A stretch of 64,000 bases of DNA from a virus (lineage: Duplodnaviria; Caudoviricetes): IMG/VR virus record IMGVR_UViG_3300020374_000001, one strand, 5' to 3'. Below are positions 39,740-47,989 of this stretch, in pieces; position 1 is the first letter of the stretch; every line of letters starts with the position of its first letter. The notes under the pieces were generated by a model. The model did no database searches. It was not told where the DNA came from and saw only the letters and a program-made list of their open reading frames with translations. The position numbers and the translations under genes are program-made.

Positions 39740-40813
39740 ATGGAACTAAAAGAAGTACACGATCTAATAAAGTCTAAAGGGTTTCCCTATTATCCCAAAG
39801 ATGAGAAATGGAGAAACAACATCTATAATATGTTGTTATCATTTAGACGTGATACTATGGTTGACCATAAGAATAAAGTCATAGGACAATCAACACACGG
39901 ATTAAATCTTGCGTGGTCTTTTATGGAACACGCTTGGGGTATTAAGTGTGGTAAGATGAAGACACCTATGGAAATATGGAATGACGAAGAACATTTAAGT
40001 AAAGGTATTAATAAGATACTTACAGGTACTTTCTTCAAAAAGAAACCAGCACACGATATAACAGATTCAGATATGAGATCAATGTTAAGAAGATACTCTG
40101 GCACTCAAATGGTTTCTAACTTTAGACCTACTGCTGCCGCTGCCTTATATGATATTTTTGTAGATAAAGATAGTCCATTAGAAGGTACATCTGCTGGTAC
40201 GGTATGGGATCCTAGTATGGGTTATGGTGGTAGATTACTAGGGGCAATTGCCGCTGGGGTTAATTATATAGGTACTGATCCTTGTATTCCTACATTTAAA
40301 GGTTTAGAACAAATAAGAGATAAGTACGGACATAAACATAAATCATATACACTATTAAGACAAGGTAGTGAAACATACGATCCTGAAGAAGAAAGTTTAG
40401 ACTTTGTATTTACTAGTCCACCTTACTTTGGTTGGGAAGCATATGGTGATGAACCTGAACAATCAAGTATTAAGTTTAATACAAGTGATATGTGGAAAGA
40501 GAAGTTTTTAAAACAGACTATTGCTAACGCATTTAAAGGTCTTAAAAAAGGTAAGAAACTAGCATTGAATGTTGCAAATACAAAACAATATAAAACATTT
40601 GAAGAAGACACGGTACAACTAGCACTAGATGTAGGATTTGAACATACAGATACTTGGTGGTTATCACTATCTACACAACAAGGTGGATCAACTACAACTA
40701 CATTAGACGGTGAATCAGTAGATAAGAAACAAGAGAATCGTTATCTAGGTAAGTTTAAAAGACCGAATCTAACAGGAAGAAAGTTTGAACCTACGTTTAT
40801 TTTTACGAAATAA
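39740..40813 (+). CDS. SAM-dependent amino-methyltransferase-fold DNA modification enzyme
   Basis: Motif I WDPSMGYGGRLLG and motif IV FTSPPY. Confidence 0.85.
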   Translation: MELKEVHDLIKSKGFPYYPKDEKWRNNIYNMLLSFRRDTMVDHKNKVIGQSTHGLNLAWSFMEHAWGIKCGKMKTPMEIWNDEEHLSKGINKILTGTFFKKKPAHDITDSDMRSMLRRYSGTQMVSNFRPTAAAALYDIFVDKDSPLEGTSAGTVWDPSMGYGGRLLGAIAAGVNYIGTDPCIPTFKGLEQIRDKYGHKHKSYTLLRQGSETYDPEEESLDFVFTSPPYFGWEAYGDEPEQSSIKFNTSDMWKEKFLKQTIANAFKGLKKGKKLALNVANTKQYKTFEEDTVQLALDVGFEHTDTWWLSLSTQQGGSTTTTLDGESVDKKQENRYLGKFKRPNLTGRKFEPTFIFTK

Positions 40814-40828
40814 GAACAAAAAGAGAAC
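40814..40828 (+). promoter_or_regulatory. Alphaproteobacterial LexA (SOS) box-like site GAAC-N7-GAAC
   Basis: gaacAAAAAGAgaac in intergenic DNA upstream of an early promoter. Confidence 0.5.
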
Positions 40829-40870
40829 ATTTATCTTCAAAAACCTAGTAAAATCAAGGAAAATTAACGC

Positions 40871-40899
40871 TTGACTTTTAAGTGAAAATGTCCTAGCAT
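40871..40899 (+). promoter_or_regulatory. Sigma70-like early promoter
   Basis: TTGACT-17nt-TAGCAT; predicted +1 at about 40906, next to ATG 40907. Confidence 0.7.
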
Positions 40900-40906
40900 A
40901 TAGAAT

Positions 40907-43192
40907 ATGGACAAAGATACACTTAATATAGATTCAAAATCACAACTAGCAAAACTACTTGCAACCGAAAACATTACGGTTCAACAAAATAATGTTAAAA
41001 CTGCTTCGTTTGATGTAGTTAATAGAATACTTACATTACCAATATTTAAAACAGATTCAAAAGATGTAACTGATATGTTAGTGGCACACGAATGTGCTCA
41101 CGCTTTATTTACACCGACTAATGGTTGGAAAAGAATTGCTGATGATGATGAGTTAAGAGGATATGTTAATGTATTAGAAGATTGCAGAATTGACGCAAAA
41201 GTACAAAAGAAATATCCAGGTGTTATTACTAACTACTTGAATGGTTTTGAAATACTTAACAGACAAAATTTCTTTGGTCTAAAAGATAAAGACTATGATA
41301 AAGACTTAATGTTAATTGATAAAATTAATATATTCTATAAGTCTTCAAAAAAATTATTATTTAACTTTTCAACTGCTGATAGTATATGGTTAAAAAGAGT
41401 TGACGCATTAAAAACTTTTAATGATGTAGTTAAACTTGCTAAAGAGTTATTAGAGTGGCAGAAAAAAGAAGTTAAGAAGATGAAAAAATTACCTGATTTT
41501 GACAATCACATATTAGTTGAAAACTACAATCTAAAGAATAATGAAAACGATTCAAAAGATAGTAAAGATATTGATGGTGATGGTAACAAAGATGATAATA
41601 AAGATAGTGAGTCTAAAGATAAACAAGACGCAACTGAAGGTAAAACAGAATCAGAATCAAAACAAGATAAACCTGCTGTAGGTGATAAGACTGCCAAAGA
41701 TGAAAACTCTAGTGGCGGTGGTGCTGTAGGTTCTGGTGGTGATATGCCACTTACTTCTATTACTAACAATTGGTTTGAAGGTCATAAAGAAAAATTATTA
41801 GATACTAATACAAGTTATTATTATAGATCAATACCAGAACCTATATTAAATAAAGTTATCCATTCAAATAAAGATTTCGTTAATGATATGAAAGCAGCAT
41901 TTATGGCTGATAAGGCAACTGCTAGTAAGTATTTACCTTATCTTAAAAAAGAATATAAAAAGTTTATGAATGATTCTAAAAAAACTATAATGTATCTAGT
42001 TAAAGAATTTGAAATGAAAAAAGCAGCAACTGCTTATAAGAGATCAACTTTAGATAAAACAGGAACTATTGATCCTCTTAAATTACATAGTTATAAATTT
42101 AATGAAGATATATTTAAAAGATTAACTATATTACCAGACGCTAAAAACCACGGTATGATGATGTTGTTAGATTGGTCAGGTAGTATGAGTGATACCATTT
42201 TTAAAACGGTACAACAAACAATTCAGTTAGTATCATTTTGTCAAAAAACAAATATACCTTTTGAGTTATATTTCTTTAGTAGTGAAATGGATAAAAAAGA
42301 TGAAGACTATTCATACAAAAGAAGTAAAAATTTTAAATATAAACCTGGCGATATGGGTATTGATAGAATTAAATTAGTTAATGTTGCAAGTCATAAGTTA
42401 AAGAAAAACAAATTAGAAGAATCTCTAATGTATCTATACCACTTAGCAATGTATTATGAACATAGATATTGTTGGAGAAGTAATAGAGATCCGTATGCTT
42501 TTGATAGACCTGATTCAGTACATATACCTAGTGAGTATTATCTAGGTTCTACACCTTTAAATGAGGCATTAATTGTTATGTTAAAATTAGTACCTTTATT
42601 TAAAAACAAATATAAAATTGAAAAAATGAATTTAATTACTTTAACTGATGGCGGTGGTAACTATGGTTGTTCAGAAACAATGGCAATTGATCCAGAGTCA
42701 AAACAACTTATAGGTACACATCCAGAAAATCAAGGTAATACAGATGTTATGATATATAAAAAGAAATATCATTCCGTTAAAGATGAATTTTATGGTTATA
42801 GATCAACTGGTATAACAGGTACTCTATTGAATATGTTAAGAGATTACCACAATATTACAACTATCGGTTTCTATCTAGTTAAAAGAATAAGAAGGTGGGA
42901 AACTGATATGTATTTCAGACCTCAACACATAAGAGATTATGCTAAAAGAGATCAAATATACTTAAAGAATAGAAGTAAATTTAATAAAGAGAAGGTATGT
43001 GCTGTACCTCAAAAAGGTTATGATGATTATTATATTGTTAATGCTAAAGATATGAAAGTTGAGAATACTGATTTAGATGGTATTAATGATACTATGAAAA
43101 CTGGTAAGATTAAATCTTTATTCAGTAAGAGTATGAAAGGAAGAATCACTTCCAGAGTGCTTTTAAACAAGTTTATTGAGAAGGTTGCATAA
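40907..43192 (+). CDS. Metallopeptidase-like (HExxH) plus vWA domain protein (CobT-like partner)
   Basis: VAHECAHAL, NVLEDCRI, acidic linker, MIDAS LDWSGSM, GSTPL, LTDG. Confidence 0.85.
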   Translation: MDKDTLNIDSKSQLAKLLATENITVQQNNVKTASFDVVNRILTLPIFKTDSKDVTDMLVAHECAHALFTPTNGWKRIADDDELRGYVNVLEDCRIDAKVQKKYPGVITNYLNGFEILNRQNFFGLKDKDYDKDLMLIDKINIFYKSSKKLLFNFSTADSIWLKRVDALKTFNDVVKLAKELLEWQKKEVKKMKKLPDFDNHILVENYNLKNNENDSKDSKDIDGDGNKDDNKDSESKDKQDATEGKTESESKQDKPAVGDKTAKDENSSGGGAVGSGGDMPLTSITNNWFEGHKEKLLDTNTSYYYRSIPEPILNKVIHSNKDFVNDMKAAFMADKATASKYLPYLKKEYKKFMNDSKKTIMYLVKEFEMKKAATAYKRSTLDKTGTIDPLKLHSYKFNEDIFKRLTILPDAKNHGMMMLLDWSGSMSDTIFKTVQQTIQLVSFCQKTNIPFELYFFSSEMDKKDEDYSYKRSKNFKYKPGDMGIDRIKLVNVASHKLKKNKLEESLMYLYHLAMYYEHRYCWRSNRDPYAFDRPDSVHIPSEYYLGSTPLNEALIVMLKLVPLFKNKYKIEKMNLITLTDGGGNYGCSETMAIDPESKQLIGTHPENQGNTDVMIYKKKYHSVKDEFYGYRSTGITGTLLNMLRDYHNITTIGFYLVKRIRRWETDMYFRPQHIRDYAKRDQIYLKNRSKFNKEKVCAVPQKGYDDYYIVNAKDMKVENTDLDGINDTMKTGKIKSLFSKSMKGRITSRVLLNKFIEKVA

Positions 43193-43232
43193 TATGGATC
43201 AAAACATCAATAAAAACAAGGGTTATTACTGC

Positions 43233-43261
43233 TTGACTTTTGAGTCGAATTATGATAGCCT
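43233..43261 (+). promoter_or_regulatory. Sigma70-like early promoter
   Basis: TTGACT-17nt-TAGCCT with TG extension; upstream TAAAAWCAAGG element shared with the 40871 promoter. Confidence 0.65.
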
Positions 43262-43294
43262 ATATGTATATTTAATAAAAGAAAGGACTAATAA

Positions 43295-44500
43295 ATGTTA
43301 TTAAATGATAAACAAAGAAACTTTATAGAACTATGCTATAAAGAGTTTGGTGATATAAAAGAAATCACTAGAACACAACTAGTCAAGGTTGAGAAGAAAC
43401 ACAAAGTTTCTTTTCCACAATGGTTAGTGTCAAATAAAGACCTTAAATTAAAAAAAGGTCTATTCAAAATGCCATCTGGTTCAGATACAGATGTGGAAAA
43501 ACCAAATACTATGGAGAAAGTTGTAAAACCTACAACTGAAAAAGAGGCGGCTTATATCGTTTCTACTCTAACGGACAATGTTGTTCCTAATAAGGATAAA
43601 AACTTTGTAAGTTTTGGTAACTATCCAGACGTAAAATCAATTATTAAATCTAATAGATTTTATCCTGTGTTTATAACAGGTCTTTCTGGTAACGGTAAAA
43701 CTCTTGCCGTGACTCAGGCGTGTGCTGATTTGAAAAGAGAATTAATTAGAGTTAATATAACAATTGAAACAGACGAGGACGATTTGCTTGGTGGTTTCAG
43801 ACTTAAAGACGGACAAACGGTCTGGTCTAATGGTCCGATCATTGAGGCAATGGAGAGAGGTGCTGTTCTTTTACTTGACGAGATTGACCTTGCAAGTAAT
43901 AAGATAATGTGTTTACAACCTGTCCTTGAAGGTTCAGGTATCTTTGTTAAGAAGATTAACAAATGGGTAACACCTAAATCTGGTTTCAATGTAATTGCTA
44001 CTGCAAATACTAAAGGTCAAGGATCCGAAGACGGTAAGTTTATCGGTACTAATGTTCTTAACGAGGCATTCCTTGAAAGATTTCCAGTAACTTTTGAACA
44101 GAAATATCCATCTGTTGCTATAGAAAAAAAGATTTTAAATAATACTTTAAAGTCTTATGGTAAATCAGATGTTAAATTCATTGACAAGTTAACTACTTGG
44201 GCAGATGTAATTAGAAAAACCTACTTTGATGGTGGTGTTGACGAAATTATATCTACAAGAAGACTTGTACATATTACACAGGCATATTCAATCTTTGCTA
44301 ATAAGATGAAGGCAATTCAAATGTGTACAAATAGATTTGATGATGATACAAAAAATTCTTTTGTGGAGTTATATACTAAAGTTGACGCTGGTGCTTCTGC
44401 TGATCAAATTATAGATCAACAGAAAAAGGCAGAACTTGAATCACAAATAGAAGACAACGATAGTGAGTCGGATGAGGAGGATGATTCTGAATCAATCTAA
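43295..44500 (+). CDS. cobS: CobS-like MoxR AAA+ ATPase
   Basis: GLSGNGKT, ETDEDDLLGGFRL, LLDEID, NEAFLERF, ISTRRL. Confidence 0.9.
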   Translation: MLLNDKQRNFIELCYKEFGDIKEITRTQLVKVEKKHKVSFPQWLVSNKDLKLKKGLFKMPSGSDTDVEKPNTMEKVVKPTTEKEAAYIVSTLTDNVVPNKDKNFVSFGNYPDVKSIIKSNRFYPVFITGLSGNGKTLAVTQACADLKRELIRVNITIETDEDDLLGGFRLKDGQTVWSNGPIIEAMERGAVLLLDEIDLASNKIMCLQPVLEGSGIFVKKINKWVTPKSGFNVIATANTKGQGSEDGKFIGTNVLNEAFLERFPVTFEQKYPSVAIEKKILNNTLKSYGKSDVKFIDKLTTWADVIRKTYFDGGVDEIISTRRLVHITQAYSIFANKMKAIQMCTNRFDDDTKNSFVELYTKVDAGASADQIIDQQKKAELESQIEDNDSESDEEDDSESI

Positions 44501-44816
44501 ATCTATCAATCATAGTGTTAGTCCAAAGGAGGCGACTTCGGTCGCCTCTCTAAAAGGTACGGTAACACTAGAACTAAAAAAGAAAACATTACACCAAGTT
44601 TATAATCAAGTTATGATGTGTGAAGAATTAGGGTTTCCAAATTTTGCAAAAGGTGAACCTATCAATAATTTAATGAGAGAGATAAAAAAACAAGTGAAAA
44701 AAAGAAGTAAACAAGATAAAATGGGTTGGAAAGAATTACTAGATTTCTGGCCGTTGAGTATAGTAGTACCTGGTATGTTAATATTAATTATGATGGCGAA
44801 TGTATTTCAATGGTAA
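44463..44816 (+). CDS. Hypothetical protein with C-terminal membrane anchor (start uncertain)
   Basis: Hydrophobic FWPLSIVVPGMLILIMMANVF tail. Confidence 0.5.
   Translation: MSRMRRMILNQSKSINHSVSPKEATSVASLKGTVTLELKKKTLHQVYNQVMMCEELGFPNFAKGEPINNLMREIKKQVKKRSKQDKMGWKELLDFWPLSIVVPGMLILIMMANVFQW
44529..44548 (+). other. C(UUCG)G extra-stable RNA hairpin downstream of cobS
   Basis: GAGGCGAC-TTCG-GTCGCCTC, no U tract. Confidence 0.75.
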
Positions 44817-44835
44817 ATGAAGGGAGGTGTAAGAG

Positions 44836-45045
44836 TTGAGTATTACGATAGAAGTTAGAAGAGGAAATGTTGAACAGGCTATGCGTGTTTTAAAACGTAA
44901 AGTACAAAAGGAAGGCATAGTAAAAGAATTAAGACAAAGACAATATTACGAAAAACCGTCTGCTAAAAAGAGAAGAAAAAGAAAAGAAAATATAGCAAAT
45001 TGTAAAAAATTAAAGAAAAAATTAGAACGATTAAGAGGATATTAA
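44836..45045 (+). CDS. rpsU: Phage-encoded ribosomal protein bS21
   Basis: V..GNVEQAMRVLKRK..KEG....LR.RQYYEKPS.K.R; TTG start with GGAGGT RBS. Confidence 0.93.
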   Translation: MSITIEVRRGNVEQAMRVLKRKVQKEGIVKELRQRQYYEKPSAKKRRKRKENIANCKKLKKKLERLRGY

Positions 45046-45053
45046 GTTTGAAA

Positions 45054-45185
45054 GTTTTGCGTTGGTGATAGATAAATATATAATGTTGGGGCTATTCGTA
45101 AGTCCCCACGCAGAAACCCGATTAAGGAATTAGTCGGTGTCGCAAAACGCAGGTTTGCCACTTACTGCGTGAACAAAAAAGTGGC
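45054..45185 (+). ncRNA. Putative structured RNA: two hairpins plus an H-type pseudoknot
   Basis: Hairpin 45085-45109 (UUCG loop), hairpin 45118-45137 (GGAA tetraloop), pseudoknot ACGCAG/CTGCGT + GCCACTT/AAGTGGC; GATAAATA late box at 45071. Confidence 0.65.
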
Positions 45186-45217
45186 TTGACATTTATATAA
45201 TAATGATTATATAAATA
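45186..45217 (+). promoter_or_regulatory. hsp20 promoter: TTGACA -35 plus an overlapping late box TATAAATA (45210-45217)
   Basis: Both consensus elements are present. Confidence 0.7.
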
Positions 45218-45220
45218 TTA

Positions 45221-45279
45221 GTAGAACGCCATAATGGGTTCTACAAAATGAAACTCGCTTAACAAAGGAGGTTTAAATG
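45221..45279 (+). promoter_or_regulatory. ROSE-like RNA thermometer in the hsp20 5' UTR
   Basis: 5' hairpin GTAGAAC/GTTCTAC, then AAACTCGCTT-aaca-AAGGAGGTTT pairing the SD with a UCGCU motif. Confidence 0.7.
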
Positions 45280-45726
45280 ACCAATAAAGCAATTTCAATT
45301 TTTAATCAGTTAAGACCATTATCAGTAGGATTTGATGATGTATTTGACCACTTTGAGTCAATGTTTAATCATCAATATGATTCTATAAATGTTCCTAACT
45401 ATCCACCATACAACATAATTAAGACAGGTAAGTACACTTATGATATACAAGTGGCACTTGCAGGGTATGGTAAAAAAGATGTAGATGTATCGTTTGAGAA
45501 TAGCATCCTAACAATCAAGTCTGTAAAGGACGAAGATGAAAAAGAAGTATCTGATAATGACGGTGTACTTCATAAGGGTATTGCTAAACGTATGTTTACC
45601 AAGTCTTTCACAATCGCTGATGAGGTAGAAATCAAAGGTGCTGAACTGAAAGATGGTCTTTTATGTGTATCTATGGAAAGAGTTATTCCAGATCACAAGA
45701 AGGCTAGAACTATTAAAATTAAGTAG
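45277..45726 (+). CDS. hsp20: Small heat shock protein Hsp20 (IbpA-like)
   Basis: NYPPYNI, ALAG, HKGIAKR.F..SF, A.LKDGLL. Confidence 0.96.
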   Translation: MTNKAISIFNQLRPLSVGFDDVFDHFESMFNHQYDSINVPNYPPYNIIKTGKYTYDIQVALAGYGKKDVDVSFENSILTIKSVKDEDEKEVSDNDGVLHKGIAKRMFTKSFTIADEVEIKGAELKDGLLCVSMERVIPDHKKARTIKIK

Positions 45727-45739
45727 TTTAAGAGACCAG

Positions 45740-45771
45740 AGGCGAGGCAGCATTGACTTCCTCGCCTTTTT
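45740..45771 (+). terminator. Intrinsic terminator after hsp20, with the next -35 box in its loop
   Basis: AGGCGAGG...CCTCGCCT plus T tract. Confidence 0.85.
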
Positions 45772-45781
45772 AGTATATACT
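45753..45781 (+). promoter_or_regulatory. Sigma70-like promoter of gp45-gp44-gp62-regA
   Basis: TTGACT-17nt-TATACT. Confidence 0.8.
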
Positions 45782-45815
45782 GACACTATATAAATTATGA
45801 AGGAGTGAATATATT

Positions 45816-46481
45816 ATGAACATAAGTACAGACACTTTATCGGTGTTAAAAAACTTTTCAGATATTAACCAGAATATTCTAGTTAAACCTGGAAATAAGA
45901 TTCAGACTATCTCTACAATGAAAAACATCTTGGCAGAAGCAGAGGTGACGGAGAAGTTTGATAGTGAGTTTGCTATATATGACTTGCCAGAATTTTTAAG
46001 AGCAGTTGAGTTATTTGAAAAACCTGCATTAAAATTTAATGGTGGATCAAATGTAACTATAGCATCCGCAAATAATAAACAAGCAATCAAATATTTCTTT
46101 GCTGATAAATCAGTTATTGTTGCACCAACAAAAGCAATCAATATGCCAGATCAGTATGTATCTTTTACTTTAAAGAAAGATGATTTTGCTAGATTACAAA
46201 GAGCAATTACTACATTGAATTTACCAGATGTTGCCGTAGTAGGTGATGGTAAAAACATTAAGTTAGTTGCTACTGATAAGAAAAACAAATCTTCAAATGA
46301 CTATTCTGAAATCATAGGAGAAACTGATAAGAAGTTTAATGCTTACTTTAAAGCAGAAAACTTAAAAGTTATTGGTGACGATTATGATGTAGAAATCTCA
46401 CAACAAAAGATAAGTCATTTTGTTAACAGGAACAAACCTGTACAATACTGGATCGCATTAGAACCTGACTCTGAATTTTAA
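45816..46481 (+). CDS. gp45: Sliding clamp gp45
   Basis: LKNFSDINQNI, FAIYDL..FL, YWIALE. Confidence 0.95.
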   Translation: MNISTDTLSVLKNFSDINQNILVKPGNKIQTISTMKNILAEAEVTEKFDSEFAIYDLPEFLRAVELFEKPALKFNGGSNVTIASANNKQAIKYFFADKSVIVAPTKAINMPDQYVSFTLKKDDFARLQRAITTLNLPDVAVVGDGKNIKLVATDKKNKSSNDYSEIIGETDKKFNAYFKAENLKVIGDDYDVEISQQKISHFVNRNKPVQYWIALEPDSEF

Positions 46482-46492
46482 GGAGTTAGACT

Positions 46493-47437
46493 ATGGCAGA
46501 TTTTTTATGGGTTGAACAATACCGACCTAGAACAATACAGGATTGTATTTTACCAGATCAGACTAAAAAGACATTTTTAGAATTTCTAAAGAAAAAAGAA
46601 ATACCTAATATGTTGTTGTCAGGTACAGCAGGAACAGGTAAGACTACCGTTGCTCGTGCTATATGTGAACAACTAAATGCTGATTATATAGTAATCAATG
46701 GTTCAGATGAAGGTAGACAAATTGATACGTTAAGAAACAAGATTAAGAATTTTGCGTCAACCGTATCTTTCAATAGTGAATCTAAACATAAAGTAGTCAT
46801 AATTGACGAGGCAGACTATATGAATGCTGAGTCAGTACAACCTGCTTTACGTAATTTCATTGAAACATTTTTTGAAAATTGTAGATTTATATTAACTTGT
46901 AATTATCCTTATAAGTTTATTGAACCATTAAGAAGTAGATTTACTCAAATAGATTTTAAGATAGTCAATGGTCAAAAAGTAAAGACAGCAACTGCTTTAC
47001 TTAAAAGACTAGGTGTTATACTTGATGAAAACAAGGTTCCTTATGATAAAAAGGTACTTGCCGAGTTAATCCAGAAGTATTATCCAGACTTTAGAAAGAC
47101 TATTAATGAACTACAAAGATATTCAGTAAATGGTAAAATAGATAGTGGAATCTTTTATAATCAAAAAGAAGCAGATATAAAGAGTTTATTTGCGTCTTTG
47201 AAGAAAAAAGACTTTAACGAAACTAGAAAATGGGTCGTAAACAATTTGAGTTTACAACCAACAGACTTGTTTAGAATGATCTATAACTCATCAAAAGATT
47301 ATCTACAACCTCAATCAGTACCTCAGGCAATACTTTTATTAGCAGGATATCAATATAAATCCGCTTTTGTCGCCGATCAGGAGATAAATATGGTCGCTTG
47401 TTTGACTGAAATAATGGCGACTTGCAAATTTAAATAA
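46493..47437 (+). CDS. gp44: Clamp loader large subunit gp44
   Basis: LWVEQYRP, GTAGTGKTT, IIDEAD, PLRSR. Confidence 0.96.
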   Translation: MADFLWVEQYRPRTIQDCILPDQTKKTFLEFLKKKEIPNMLLSGTAGTGKTTVARAICEQLNADYIVINGSDEGRQIDTLRNKIKNFASTVSFNSESKHKVVIIDEADYMNAESVQPALRNFIETFFENCRFILTCNYPYKFIEPLRSRFTQIDFKIVNGQKVKTATALLKRLGVILDENKVPYDKKVLAELIQKYYPDFRKTINELQRYSVNGKIDSGIFYNQKEADIKSLFASLKKKDFNETRKWVVNNLSLQPTDLFRMIYNSSKDYLQPQSVPQAILLLAGYQYKSAFVADQEINMVACLTEIMATCKFK

Positions 47438-47456
47438 CATAATTAACGAGGATACA

Positions 47457-47597
47457 ATGGCACGAAGAACATTTTGGCGAACTTGCATAGTCAAATTGCG
47501 AATGTGGTATGCTGACATAAGAGGACATCACGGTAAACGATACAATTACGAACCAGGTGATTGGTATATGGGCAGACACAACAGACGCAACAAATAA
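47457..47597 (+). CDS. Small basic protein (46 aa), below the ORF-track cutoff
   Basis: MARRTFWRTCIVKLRMWYADIRGHHGKRYNYEPGDWYMGRHNRRNK; GAGG RBS; stop overlaps the gp62 start (TAATG). Confidence 0.65.
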   Translation: MARRTFWRTCIVKLRMWYADIRGHHGKRYNYEPGDWYMGRHNRRNK

Positions 47598-47989
47598 TGG
47601 CATACGAATTAAAAGATTACTTAAAAGCGATAAATGAGTCTAAACAAGACTTGATGAAATCAGATGAAACCTGGATAAAAAAATATCCAGCATACATAAT
47701 TAATCGTTGTTTATCTATGTTTTGGGATACTCTTCCACAAGCAAATGAAATGAACGGTTATCACTTCCTAGACAATCAGGTCCAATTTCAGTTTTTACTA
47801 AATAGTGTTAGAAGAAAAAAACGGTTTGGTGGCAAATGGTTAAAACAATCCAAATTGAAAGACATAGAGTATATTAAAGAGTATTTTGGTTATAGTAATG
47901 AAAAAGCAAGAGAGGCTTTGAACATACTCACAAAGAAACAAATTGAACATATTAAAGAAACCTTATATAAAGGTGGGAGAAGAAAATGA
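47597..47989 (+). CDS. gp62: Clamp loader small subunit gp62
   Basis: YPAYIINRCLS, ANEMN, YFGYSNEKA; start at ATG 47597. Confidence 0.92.
   Translation: MAYELKDYLKAINESKQDLMKSDETWIKKYPAYIINRCLSMFWDTLPQANEMNGYHFLDNQVQFQFLLNSVRRKKRFGGKWLKQSKLKDIEYIKEYFGYSNEKAREALNILTKKQIEHIKETLYKGGRRK

Noticed and set aside
43295-44500. Cobalamin biosynthesis role for cobS
   Set aside because: No other cob genes; the MoxR AAA+/vWA pair is a common chaperone-like module of marine T4-like phages
45108-45170. Canonical c-di-GMP-I (GEMM) riboswitch
   Set aside because: AAAC-stem-GNRA-stem-CGCAAA spacing is similar, but there is no tetraloop receptor or closing P1 helix
45140-45195. SAM-II/SAM-V or preQ1 riboswitch, tmRNA fragment, pistol or HDV-like ribozyme
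   Set aside because: Topology is an H-type pseudoknot, but the conserved ligand or catalytic nucleotides, tRNA-like ends and tag reading frame were not found
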